Under the pieces are notes generated by a model. The model was not told where the DNA came from. It did no database searches and saw nothing but the letters and a program-made list of their open reading frames with translations. A program made the translations under genes and the position numbers. A stretch of 63,646 bases of DNA, the filler included, from Choristocarpus tenellus KU-1152 (Eukaryota > Protista > Phaeophyceae): NCBI GenBank assembly GCA_964200185.2. It is 15 parts of 15 records of this genome, joined end to end, with 100 filler letters (N's around TTAATTAATTAA, not from the genome) between each part and the next. Parts side by side here need not be neighbours in the genome. Positions count along the whole stretch, not along the records: positions 23,327 to 28,163 come from CAXNAD020012863.1; positions 28,264 to 32,753 come from CAXNAD020014321.1; positions 32,854 to 37,373 come from CAXNAD020014181.1; positions 37,474 to 40,265 come from CAXNAD020024715.1; 11 more parts are not named here. One strand, written 5' to 3'. This document shows, in pieces, positions 25,152-37,899 of the stretch. Each line of letters starts with the position of its first letter. Position 1 is the stretch's first letter.

Positions 25152-28087
25152 TATTGGGTATTCGTTCAACTAACCTACCAATCCTAATGCTATCACCAAA
25201 TGAAAACGTGACAAAGTATAACCACACCAATCTCTGAGTGATAGAACATTATGCAGTCTCTGGAAGTTGTAGTGGACTCGGACCTACAATATAACTAATG
25301 CATTAGAGTAATCAATTCAACAAGTCAAGAAAACTATAATCATCACAGAATTTACTTAGCCCCTTCCACCCTATGTATTCAAATAAAGATTAGAAATACG
25401 TAATTAAGTATGTAGGACGTAAGAAGGTTGTGGTGCAAGAAAAGACCAAATTCGACCGAAAATAAGTTCAAACGCCTCCCAAGTCGTGGAAACCCTCCTG
25501 TCGTGGTTCCTTTCCACTCTCTTGAATCTGTTTTTGTTCCTTTCCTACCTATTACAGCCAAGTGGGCATCCTGTGAACGTGCGCAGAAAACACATCCTCA
25601 CCACACCTCTGAACATAAGTTTGGGTATGTAAGTGCCATAACCAATACGCTGTAAATACACGTGATCTTGCTTGGTATTCTAACAACGTACAATGGGAAA
25701 TTGCGGAAACCATGCAGTCAAGTTTGTCCTAACATTGGGAGTGCTCTGTTGACATCCAATTGACCGGTGGTGGTATAAGATCGCGGTAAATTTAGAACTT
25801 TGACTACAGATGGACTGGGGAGGAGAGAGTCCCTCATCACATGGTGATTATTGCATGTTTTCATTGTGGTCGGGATCCATTGCCCGATCAACCCATGTGA
25901 GTCGTGTGGAAGGGACCTCTGTCATCCGTTGCCAGGATGGTACTAAGGTAAGTGTCAGAGGGAAATTTCTACCTTCAACTTTCGATATGGTTCTACTACA
26001 ACCTTTTGAAGGTTTTTGTAGTGCTTGTATGTACAGGTGGTAGCGAGAGGCGCAAGATGTACGATACGCTGCCTCCTCTGAAACACATGTATTTCAGTAC
26101 TCTTGTGTGGGGTCGTGTCTGTGTGGCAAGTTCGACGTCACCATAGCTAACTCGAAAGTTTGGTTTACAACACAGACAAGAAAAGAAACAATAATGCGGT
26201 CTCTCCATACACATGTGGTTGTTGCAGTGGTGTGTTTTCCCTCTTCTAGCAACAAAAATGCTAAGCAAATTTAACGTTGATAAATGAGGATTATCATGTC
26301 TAAATGATGAGTGTGCGTGTGGGATATATGGTGCAAACAGAATATACATCTCCTTAAAGTTCTGGAGGCCAACGCAAGGAACGGTTGTTGTACTTATCTT
26401 CGAAAATGTAAGTCATATTGTCTTCCGCTTGTAGCACTATAGCATTATATATTGCAACAGGTTTCATTAATGCTGCACAACAGTTAGTGACGCGGCAAAC
26501 AGGTGGTGTTGATCTCAGAACCAACATAATTCATGACACACTACAGCATGCGCATGTGTGCACACACATCCTTTTCATCCAACCCTCAAAGAGATGTTTG
26601 TTAAACAAGAACGTGATGATAGAAATACGGAATGACATGCGTGTGATTCCCATGGATGATGGCGGGATTGTTGGGAGTGACACAACTCTGTTTTGCAGTC
26701 GGGTCGGTTCAGGAACAGAGCTAACGTTAATGTACATGTTTGAAATACAGCAGGCGGGGAAGTTGTACTCTCTATGCATGCAAATGGACAATTGCATTCA
26801 TGTTTCTTCCCAACAGGGGAGGGAGGGCAGGAATGAATTTGGATTATTGCCTCTTACTGACCCTTCCCTCCTTTACCATGTCCATTAATGATCAGATCTT
26901 CTGCTACAAACGATGACTCTTTATTGAGGGCAGCACAGGATATATTTCCTGCTATCACAATACATGGTAAAATTGTGCAAGGTGGTCTTCACATATTTCT
27001 ACACATTATATTCTACAACCACAGCGATCATACATTCACCGCTTCATCCGGAAGTCCACGCAACACAGAATTCGCAAAGACCACATATATATTCTACTTC
27101 CACAAGCAGCGTGACACATGTATTCCCATCTGTAAATTTATCTGTGTCTTGTGAATACCGATTGTGCGGGAAAAGCCCCAACTTTCGTCCCATCAGACCT
27201 CCCCATTCATGTACAAAAATACTCCTTCAAGTGACTCCATAGAAATGCAAGTCATGTAGGAGTATTTGCAGGAGAACACCTTACAACCTACACCTTCCAA
27301 CAAATTAGTATCTGGGTCTAGCTAATGTAAGCAAGAGCCTTCCTCCTGAAAAGAGAAGTTGCAGAAAAAGGTTTGTTGATCATTGTGCATTGATGTTGAT
27401 TGGGCTGTTGAGGTGTGCTTGGTGCATTGACGCGCCACTCTCAACTTGTTACCTTGTTGGAGTCAGATTGCGGCCTGTATAAGGCACCCAGCCGCAGAAC
27501 CGGGGTGGTCAATGGTTTTGACCGCCGTCTATCAAGAAAGGGCTCCTACTGTTCTCCATTAAGATGTGGATGGTCCTTCTCTGTAGCAGCCTGACATAAA
27601 CACCTCTGAGGTCCTTTCTAATTGGCACATTGTGGAAAAGGAAAAGAACTACACCGACTAAGCAGACTATCCTTAGTTGTTTGAGCGAGTCTTCATTGTT
27701 GAACGGATAAAATCTTGGGTATACTTTTTCGCGTTTGACAAACGATGCAGTGAATACCGCCACAGACACACATAATAATGCAATTTTCTACAAGATATAT
27801 CTGTGTGTCCACAGAGCGACGATCATTCCATCATTTTCCCGTGCAAATTCACCGTGCTACCCCCTCATCATCACACATCTTAAACCATTTTCACGATGCC
27901 GATACACAATTTGGTGAGAACGGTTGTCGCCTCCATCTCAGACTATGGCGCAAATTGTGTGACAAAATACAACCGACAACCTATCCTGCATTGTACACGT
28001 CAAAGTGTCTCCCAAATCATTAAAGAGGATAAAGATGATGAACTCATCGAGATTGCTTGGTGTCTGTGGAGTGATTGATTAAAGTTT

Positions 28088-28163
28088 GACCCAAAATATC
28101 TAGGGGGGGGGGGGTCTACACCAGGTTGTCCATTTGGACCAAAATCAGAAAACGTGCATTATC
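28088..28163 (+). mobile_element. MITE subfamily A, left part, cut by contig end
   Basis: GACCCAAAATATCTAGGGG...GTCTACACCAGGTTGTCCATTTGGACCAAAA. Confidence 0.8.
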
Positions 28164-29049
28164 NNNNNNNNNNNNNNNNNNNNNNNNNNNNNNNNNNNNN
28201 NNNNNNNTTAATTAATTAANNNNNNNNNNNNNNNNNNNNNNNNNNNNNNNNNNNNNNNNNNNNCCAGTCAATTTTGGGTCAAGCCCATCCTCAATGAAAA
28301 GCTCCATCCTCAATTTTTGAAATCGGCTGTTAAAGGGTGATGACTGAGAGGTAACTGAGAGCATAGTGTAGGTGTGTGGTTCTGCAGTGCTTTGGAAGAA
28401 GCTTAAGGGGGCGAGAGAATCTATGTCACATTGCAACTTCACATAAATCAAAAACCAAGAAAATAGTAGCGCCCCTTTAAATTGCCCCTGCAAGGTTGAA
28501 AAATCTAGGAGAAACGTTTCAAGATGGCACCACATTTCTCACCAATTGATCAATGCTCTAGACTGAAGGACATTAGTGATTCCAGTCAACCTGCTACTTA
28601 GAGAAAACTTCCTATGTAGGACACACACCCAAGAGACTCGTTTACTGATACTGAGCAAATGGCGCCAAGGAGTCCAATTTACAAAGGCATATTGATGGCA
28701 GAGCAAACGAAAAATGAAAAGGGTACTCGGAACCAAATCAACCCTACGTAATATATGAATGAGAAACAAGTCATGCCTCGACATTGTCGTAACTTGAGTC
28801 AGTAATTGTGCTCTTTTCGACCTGTCTTGTGGAGGACATTGAAAAGTCAAGCTCTGGCAAGACATATGCACTATAGTTTGGGATACACAAACGGCTTCAC
28901 ATCCACGAACTGAAATATTGTGCAGTCAGCTCCCTACTGTTTTCAACCTACAAATGTAAGTTGCACGTTCAAACTTTCCTCCTTCCCAAGACTCTCTAGA
29001 ATGTAGTATGCCTAGACACGCTAAAAAAAACATTGCCATACCTTCGCGC

Positions 29050-30022
29050 TCACTTGGCCTCCAGGGAGATATCATCCCACTCAGGACTAAGGAACTGGTA
29101 GTTCACCCGCTGGACAGATTTGAATATCTCCCTATCATTATCCCCAAAGAAAGGGGGGTAGCAACAGAGGAGGCATACGAGATCACACCAATGGACCGCA
29201 GGTCACGTGCTTTATCGTAGCTCTTCTCCAAGTCTGTAAAGAGAGGGGTTGTACATCAACAAGGGAACAGGTGGTAGAAGCCTCATGTCCAGTGGCTCGG
29301 GAAGTACCATAATGTATTCGCTGAGGATCTTGACCTAGAAATTCAGGTACCCTGGTGTTGAACTTTCTCAATCAGTCAGATTAACTTTCCATGAATGATG
29401 TACCTGCTGCAACCTCCACTCTCCACCCAGTCCCTCGTTTGAAAAGGGTATTAATCACCTTCTGATGCAATGTAGTACGGAGTACCAACACGAGTGGTCA
29501 TGGCCTTGCCCCCATCCTCGAAATGGGATAGTCCAAAATCGATCATCTCCAAGTCTCACTATGGTGTCGATCCAAGTCTCACTATGGTGTCGAGGTCCAG
29601 GATGATAGGTCAGAGTGGGTCAGGAGTATGAGGTCAAGTATCAAACTGTGCCATAAAATTGTCCATTATTGTTCTGTCTAGTGAGCTGTGCAAGGTGGTA
29701 GCTTGTACAAAGGTTGTAGATAAGCTGCTACAAATGTGGGACCTCCCCCCTTTAGTGCTAGTATAAGGTATATGCTGTGCACGACTCGAATTATGCTACA
29801 GTTAACTCCTTCAAAAAGGAAATCAAGTGGAACACATAATAAGGTTGGAAACACTGAACAGTGCATTATTGACTGCGAGGAAAAGAAGATAAATGGTGTA
29901 GAACTGCTGTGCCACATTGAGCAGCATTTGGAGTAAGGTGCTCACCCCATTTTCTGGACTCTTGGAAAGGAAATTTTCTAGCTTCAAGTCTCGATGGCAA
30001 ATGTTGTGCTCGTTATGGCAGT
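29050..30022 (-). pseudogene. CDPK/CaMK-like Ser/Thr kinase pseudogene fragments
   Basis: Minus strand: ICHRDLKLENFL (~29970-30005); MIDFGLS...MTTRVGTPYYIASE (~29460-29546); YDKARDLRSIGVISY / CYPPFFGDNDREIFKSV...SPEWDDISLEAK* (~29050-29220). Lesions include APE>ASE, W>R, a frameshift and a 23-bp duplication at 29548-29593. Confidence 0.85.
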
Positions 30023-30109
30023 ACTCACTTGCCCTGAAGGGGGGCAGCAATCACAATATCAGCATTCAAGAGTTTCAAGGAGAGTGGAACATTCTGGGAT
30101 AAAAAAAAA

Positions 30110-31389
30110 CTAGAGAGAGGAGAAGTGTCAGAAACTGAGTGGTAAATTGGGTTTAGTGTCCCATTTGTATTCTTTGAAGATTTAGTGAAAGAGGTACAAA
30201 GGCAGGGGTGGCTTGGCTTTCGAACCACAGATGCCACCGGACTCCCTCTCACACCCGTGAAGCTGAAGGTGAGCATACCCGCCAGTAGAGTTTGTGTGTG
30301 AAAGGGTTACCTCGATAGGTTACGCGACGGTCGCCTATGAAGTGACTGTTGACCATGCTGGATTTGCACGGGGAGTGACTACTGGATTTCCTGGAGCCAA
30401 ACACGACGAGATAGAGCCAAAGTATCTTAGAGGGTAGAGCCGCGTCCATTTGGGGGGTAAAAATCCAATGTTGTAATTTCGATGTAATTTTAGCTATCGT
30501 GTTTGTTAGGAAGTGTCAATATTCTTGTTCCGGACACACCTTTTCATGACGTATGCATTTTAACTACTCCCAAAATATTTTGGAGTGGGAAAATGTCATA
30601 AAAAACCCCGAGGGAAGCCAAGCCCCAAATGGACAAACAGGGCAAAACTCGTAGCCTCTAAGATACTTTCACTCATAATCATTCGATATGATGGTGCTAT
30701 CCACAAATTTAGGGCTAGTCCCACGTACAGACAGCTGGAGTATAACCTTAAGGACTCCCACGGGAACTATTACACTGAGAAAGGAGTCTATGTCCTTGTC
30801 AGTGGGGGCTACCACAAGGCGAGAGGAAATACGTGATTATAGGGCCATGCCTATGTTATTTATTGCTCCTGTAAAAATCAGTGCCCATGAAACTAACAAG
30901 TCTACAGTACTTTGCCCAACCCGATCTTTGCATTAGCAGTGGAGGTGCACAATATGCCCCTTCAAGGCATCTGTCACGCAGGCGCAGGCAAGGTCGAGCG
31001 AACGAGTGGAGAGTGTATGAAAGGATGTCGAGTGCTTTCTTGGCAGAGTCAAGACCCGCTTCAGAATCCTCAAGCTGCCACTACTATATTCGCACAGGAA
31101 GAAGATAGATAACGAATTTTTCACTTGTTGCATATCGCAAAACATGCTTCATTCATATGATGGCCTTGGAGAGTTGGAGGGCAACGCTGACTGGAAAGGG
31201 GATGCTGGTCTGTACAATGCCTTCTACAGTGACCCTTACACTGATTTCGAGCGGATGAGCATGCCAAGGGATCAGTGGGGAGGGGTATCTGAAGATTATG
31301 TGGAGAGGGAGGTGGGATTTGATGAGCTTAGGAATAAGCTCACAGCACACTGCAAATACAAGAAAGAAACGGAGAGGTTGTTTGGATGA
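30110..31389 (+). mobile_element. Decayed PIF/Harbinger-type (Plant_tran-like) transposase
   Basis: GFPGAKHDEI|IIRYDG (across a MITE), KGVYVLVSGGYHK (DGGY motif mutated), ESV*KDVECFLGRVKTRFRILK, FFTCCISQNML; left boundary approximate. Confidence 0.85.
30414..30674 (+). mobile_element. Complete 261-bp MITE, subfamily B, TSD ATA
   Basis: ATA|GAGCCAAAGTATCTTAGAGGGTA ... TAGCCTCTAAGATACTTTCACTC|ATA; removing it and one TSD restores the transposase frame. Confidence 0.93.
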
Positions 31390-32129
31390 GGTCCTGATGT
31401 GATGGAATCTTGCTTGTCAAACAGTGGTTTGGGTTTTGTGCTGTTGACACTCTATGTGATAGTGAATGGTACAATTGACAATTTACTTTTGTAAAGTATA
31501 TACAAGAAGAGGTAGGAAGACGTAATACAGGATAATGAGTCATTTGTCAGTACAATACAGAGAGTGGTTGAAAGTCCACAATCAAAAGGAAGAATTAATT
31601 ACCACTGATTGTGACAATGTAGTTGGGTAAAGACTGTCCTCGTGGACAAGAGTAGCTCACTTCGTTCTGAGCAGTGGATAATACTATACCCTAACCAACC
31701 TTCTGAAGAGCACTGGGATCATCATCATTACTTTAACTTTGCTCAAGGTCATGATACAAGATCAAGGTTGACAGCTTTGTTTGGTTAGTGCATCAGAAGC
31801 TCAAGATTAGAGGACTTGGCACAAAAAATAAATGCCCTTCAATAATAAATTACCTCAAATCTAAACAAAGATTTGCCAATGCCGTCCGGTGTGATGGTAC
31901 ATCTATGTGCACGGGACTGCTGCCAAAGACTACTGAGCACTGTACTGACAGCTGTATTGTCACAATTGATTCCCCTAGTCTATCCCCGCACTACTGTTGC
32001 CTGTCCCCAAAGCCCCCAAGTCAACCCCCCCTTCACCACAGTCTGGCTCCAAATCCCCCAATCCCCCCTTCACCACTGTCCCACCACTTCCCAACATAAT
32101 CCCAGCACCACCGATATTCTGGCCCAATC

Positions 32130-32653
32130 TCACTGCCACCAGTTGCTGATACCGTTTCCGACAGAACTCTGCCTCAACACTATCACTCTTCTGAATAGTT
32201 CTCCAAGCTTGCACAGCAGTATTAAGCATTCTGTCAAAATTGTGCCTATCTTCTGTAGCAGTTGCTTTTCTGTCATTATGTCTACGTGTCTCCTCATGTC
32301 TCTAGCCACATCATCCAATGTGGATACGAGGGCAGCAATAATGTGGTCATCCATCCTACTTTTTCCCCTTGACTCTGCTTCCAACTTCAAGTCCTCCTCA
32401 AAAGCCCTCCGTAGGCTGCTGTCGGCTCCTCGATCCTGGGTTTGCTCCTAGCCCGGACCCCCTCATTGCCTCCACCCTCCATTGAAGAGGACTCCACCGA
32501 CCTCCCATCCTTGCTTAAGTCACATGAGGATGTGGACCCTTCTTGTAGGGATCCCTCTCTCACACTCACGTCAAAGTCTTGGAGCACATCATTGGACGGG
32601 AGCCCATATACTGCAAACAGGAGAAGATATGGAGGGATCCAACCATCTGGCAT
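32130..32653 (-). pseudogene. Frameshifted ORF convergent with the Harbinger transposase (possible accessory ORF)
   Basis: Overlapping ORFs 32387-32653 and 32130-32390 (WIPPYLLLFAVYGLP; charged helical C-terminus). The position fits two-ORF Harbinger elements, but no Myb/SANT motif is visible. Confidence 0.3.
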
Positions 32654-34726
32654 TTTTTTTGGAGAGGGGGGAATAGGGGAAACCTGAGGCAGGGGTCTCC
32701 CCCCTGATCCAGGAGAGAGTAGTTCCTGGTTGGGCCTTTCTAGGGGGGCGTTGNNNNNNNNNNNNNNNNNNNNNNNNNNNNNNNNNNNNNNNNNNNNTTA
32801 ATTAATTAANNNNNNNNNNNNNNNNNNNNNNNNNNNNNNNNNNNNNNNNNNNNCATGCCCACCCATCCATCTACCCCTTCACATCTGAATGCCCGCTCAC
32901 ACTGAGATCCTCTTGACCCTTTGGTCCCCAGATGGAGCGCCCCCTCCCTCCCCCACCCTCACATTCCCATTGCTTAAATGTGTGGAGATACATGGGTTGC
33001 CTTTACTTGTACTATATTTTTCACGCACAGGTTGCACTTTTATTGTGCATAAACCTGAGGTTCATTTTTTTTTTAAAGCTTTGCATAGCTCCTTCTTGCA
33101 TCCGTTGGTGAAGCAAGTTGAAGTTGATGGTATGAACATAGGGCAGGGGTAGGGGGTGAAGGTGCCCATTGGTTTGAAGAGGGTTGGATTGCTCCTCCGA
33201 CTGACTGAGCACACCTTTTGTGCCGAGTCTGAAGTCTTTGGGGATTGTTTTTAGTTGTGCATGCTGCATGTGGGTAGAACAGTGTCCATGTGGCTGCACT
33301 TGTTGCCCAGTAGAATCCCCCTCCCATCGCCATCAGACTTCTTTGCAAACTCCAGATATGTATGTCCCTGTGACATCAATGCACTGGAGGGTATGTATTT
33401 GTTCTTTCATTAAGCACGTCAACCCCTAGTGTGGTGGGATGAATACAGAAATTGATACTGCTGGGCTAGGTCACCTTGCATTGGGATTGGGGCATCAATG
33501 GTTGCAGGGTATTGTGAAGGCATGGAGGTACACACAGTAATATGTCCAGCTTTTGAGAGACTGGTCTGTGGTGGGCTGCAGGTCGTGTCATGGGTTATCC
33601 AGTGAAGTGTGTTCACAGCATGTACTTGAGAGGGTGGGTCAAAATCAGGCATCGTGAGTGAGATTGATGAACTTATGGACCAATGTTCATGGTGTCTAAT
33701 GGCAATACACACAGCAACTTCACTTGTGTCTCTCCAATCATTGATTTGATGGGGTTGATCTGGCACATAAAGCAAAGAGTGGGCTGGTTGAAGGCATTGG
33801 TATGCCTCAAACAAATAACCTTACACTTTGCTAATTTATAGTACTCACTTACCGTTTTGTAAAATGCACAAGTACAATACAGAGCCTCCGAAAGACAATG
33901 GACCTTGGAAGAAATTTAAAATCTGTAAATGAAGCAAGGGCTTCACAGTGGAGTCCACTCATTGTTGTTTGTTGTGAAACAGCCTCATTTTGCTATCTGG
34001 TACTATTTTTGAAGACAATTCGTTAACCAGGAATCAAAGGCAAAAGAAGATGCAAGGGTCAGACAGACCACTCAAGGACCATCCTAATGTAGAGACTACA
34101 CGCTGCAAAAGAGACATCATATGAAGTCCTGATACCAAAAAGGGTGGAAGTGGGACTTTTTTTTTTCCAGGGCACAGAATGTTTACCACTACTGGAGAAA
34201 CAGAAATTGAAAGTTAAAATAGGGCTTCAACAACACCATTCCAAATAAAGATCAACATCTACATGAAACAGGAGGTCAGACACTATTTGGCACTATCAAT
34301 ACTACCAAACTGTGGTATTACATGGAGCTACAGGTACAACACGTGCGTTGGGAGGTATTTGGTTCTGCTATGTAGATGCTTGCCTTGGGAAATGCAATGC
34401 AACACTTCCACAGCCTGTTCAGCATACGTATTGAAACAGTGCCGTATAGTACAAAAAACAGGTACAGCGCCTTAGGCGACAAATGAGGGTACATGTGATA
34501 CACCTTACAGGTGAATCAAATACGTAAGAGTTGTCAAGTACGGAGGGTCAGGCGTGAGTCAAGCAAGTGTGACTGCATCACCTCATACACAAAAAACAAA
34601 CCAAAGAGAGCAGTCATCTTGGATCAGTTTCACCTTTAGCAGTACCATTGCAACTCTGGTAAGTATATACAATGAATGTCTACACGTCCAATCAACATCA
34701 TCAATTTGTATTTAAAAGTGCCATCA

Positions 34727-35440
34727 TCACTTATTCTGCCATGGTCCCTTCTCAACGTCTCGCTTCCTTCTCAATGTAGCAGACTCCCCTTCAACACCTT
34801 TTATATCCCCATCCACCCCCCTTGTGCTGCCCAAGACCTCAGACACTATTCCTGATCCTGCCTCCACCACATCCTCTCCCCCTCCCATCTTTTTTCCTCT
34901 CCACTCAGTCCCATGCATTACCTCAGCCAAAAGAATCGACCTCAGCGTTTCCTCATCCAGCTCAATTGGACCTAGGCTGTAGCCTCCCCATCCCCACCTC
35001 CCTGCATCCGTAGAATCCCCGCCTTGCCCCCTCAACCCGCCCACCCTCTCCCCCCCCAGAGTTTCCAACACCCCATCGATATCTTCCGCCCTGAGACCTG
35101 CCCTGTACAAAGATTCTACATTCCTTTCCTCTAGCTGGTCATACAGCCACGGAGCCAGGGCCTCAGCCTCAGAGCCGCTGACTCCTGTCGTGACCGATGC
35201 TGCTCGGGCATAGCGCAGCAGGAAAACAGAGTGGCGACTGTCCTCCCAGGCTGCCCTTTTCTTGCCCCTGCCCCTCTCCCTGCCCACACTTTCTTGGGCA
35301 TGTTCTCCATCACAAGAATCTTCGGAATTTTCGTGGGGGATGCTATTCTCATCCTCCACAGCACTGCCAGTTCCACCTCTACCATGAGGTCCAGTGGGGG
35401 TTTCAGTATTCGAATCTTCTGCCCGGCGCAAAGCCGCCAC
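34727..35440 (-). CDS. Probable large exon of an unknown protein
   Basis: CTGCAG|GTG acceptor then an open frame of ~237 codons (VAALRRAED...HSVFLLRYARAA...LYDQLEERNVESLYRAG); candidate upstream exons near 35698-35744, 36029-36137 and 36627-36721 whose phases I could not fully reconcile. Confidence 0.55.
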   Translation of the reverse strand: MAALRRAEDSNTETPTGPHGRGGTGSAVEDENSIPHENSEDSCDGEHAQESVGRERGRGKKRAAWEDSRHSVFLLRYARAASVTTGVSGSEAEALAPWLYDQLEERNVESLYRAGLRAEDIDGVLETLGGERVGGLRGQGGDSTDAGRWGWGGYSLGPIELDEETLRSILLAEVMHGTEWRGKKMGGGEDVVEAGSGIVSEVLGSTRGVDGDIKGVEGESATLRRKRDVEKGPWQNK

Positions 35441-37536
35441 CTGCAGAGTTATGAAGGATTGGTGTGGTAGAGAGTAAGAAAGGATGTGTTCTTGGATGCC
35501 ACAGCGAGGTCTTCGGGGTGGCAGGCACCCACCAAAGTAACATCTTGCAATGAATATGTGTCCAGACTTCAAGTAGTAGGAAGGAGGGGGGCACAGTAAG
35601 GTGCAATTTCAAATCGTCAATTCTACTGCCTTCAGGTATAACCCAAGGGAGCCAACGCACAGTCATCTCTTCCTCTCAGAAAGTTCAGTCCGACCGTACA
35701 TACTATCAGAATCAATCGTGATCCAATACTTCCTCGAGAGGAGCTGAAAACAAAGCGGCAGTTCACCGATGCTTTCAGGTAGGTGCACCTTACTCTCTAC
35801 CTTCACGCTGACGCTTCGACTTACTCAAACAAACAAACAAAAAACTACACCGGCGCAGTTTCTTCTACCCCACGCCAACACGACCCAACAAACACCCCTC
35901 TCTCTCTCTACCAACACCCAATGTTGCCATGTCCCCTTCCTCTCAAAAGCTCAATATACCCTCCCACCTTCCCCATCTCGAGAACCCTCTCTCCCTACTA
36001 GTCTCTCGTATCTCCCACCCTCCTCACCTGCGCTTCGACCACTCTGGGGAAGAGTCTGGACTTCACAAGGGCATATGGTGCTCCACAAGACTCACACACC
36101 GCTGCAGAAAGGGCATGGAGAAAGCCCCACCTATCTCTAGACGCAACCAGCCCACAGATCACCGCTGAGAGTAGTGTAGTTAATTTCGAGGGGATTGACA
36201 CAATGAGTGCAGCTACGCATGGAGTCATACAGTTTAAAGGGGAAAGAAATGCACGTGAATTAGCGCCGGCAAATAATGCAACAGAGCCTACAATTGCACA
36301 ACACTTTCACACACCATCAACACTATCAACTCACCGCAGTCGGAAAATGACCCGGTATTTATCAAGTACTTCGTCCCTACCACAGCACGCTATCAACTCT
36401 GCTGTTGCAAAACATGGCCAGGCACCTTTTCGTCACCGACATCAAAACACCTGAGTTTTGTGCTTCAAATACCCACCCCCTACCTGCCCTACCCAGCAAA
36501 TCAAAAAGGAAAGGGAACTTTTTTATCCTTGCACACATTGCAAAAAAGGCACTGAATCACAATAAAACACACAGAGCAGTGGCGCCAACAAATACGAACT
36601 ACTCAAAAAGACAGCATGAAACTCACCGGCAAAGGCTATATCTTCTCGTTCCTGATAAAGGGGCCCACGAAACCCCAGTGGCCGCGAAATGCAACCTGCT
36701 ACCCGCTCAATACCTTGATGGCTGCAACAGAGCGGTGATTGGGGGGGGGGGGCAGGGACGGGAAGGGTTTAGGAGGTTAAAAAAACAACAATGAGGGAAA
36801 TCAAAGAGGTCTACGAGATTAAAGAAGCACCACTACAACGTGATGGGCTTTTTGACATCCACGATACCTGAGACCTCTACCGACAAGCCTCGACAATGTT
36901 GGTGTGATGAAGAGCTATGAATGTGTATCAATGAAGGCAGGTGATGGACAAAATCGGTAGGAACGGTGGCTGCTGCAATACGCACAAGGTTCTGCCATCA
37001 TCTCTGTAGTCAAGAAACAAAGTACAAACCATCAACAACAACAGCACTGCACGACTAGAGAACCATCTAGTTGACAGCTCCACACAGGAAAAAATGATCC
37101 TAGCACCACATGGATCGAACACGCCACCTCCTTCTGTATTGTCATATTCCACGGGGGAGACAACAGCGAGCAACGATTATTATCACCTATTGTCACAAGA
37201 AAAAGCAGACAAGAAATCATTCTAGACGCACAACTAACTAACCCCACTACTCATCGTCACCATCACATAACACACCTACCTCATTCTTCAAATAGAAGTG
37301 TTCCAACTTGCCACAAAAAGGTGTACCACCCCCCCCCCCCCCCCCCCCCCACCCCCCCCCACCCCGCCCACCCNNNNNNNNNNNNNNNNNNNNNNNNNNN
37401 NNNNNNNNNNNNNNNNNTTAATTAATTAANNNNNNNNNNNNNNNNNNNNNNNNNNNNNNNNNNNNNNNNNNNNGATAGCAACCCTCGGGCGAAACCTCAA
37501 CAAGTCTAACAACTTGCGATCCCTGGGAGTAGTTTT

Positions 37537-37607
37537 TGTTGAAACACTAGTAAACCCCTGAGCTACCGAGCATACAGGTAGCTCAGGGGTTTACTAGTGT
37601 TTCAACA
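37537..37607. repeat. Perfect 31-bp inverted repeat with 9-nt loop
   Basis: TGTTGAAACACTAGTAAACCCCTGAGCTACC-gagcataca-GGTAGCTCAGGGGTTTACTAGTGTTTCAACA. Confidence 0.95.
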
Positions 37608-37899
37608 GTTCCGGTCTATCAGGCTTGGACCTGGGGAGGAACCCCAACCATGTGTCTTGAAGGTCCCCCCACTGGGTAAGAGGCTGACTTCATTGGGGCG
37701 AATGGTAAGTGATGAAGAACAAAACGTGACTATTCTGGGGGGACTACCAGAAGAGTATGAGCTAGAACGATGAACGTTAGCAACAACTCTAACGAGGACA
37801 GAATTGGAACAGGAGCTTGCAAATGGATTTCGCTAGTTGAAATCCGAGATAGCTGTCCATCAGGGGAGGACGACGGCAGCTTTGGCAGCCAGGAGGCAG

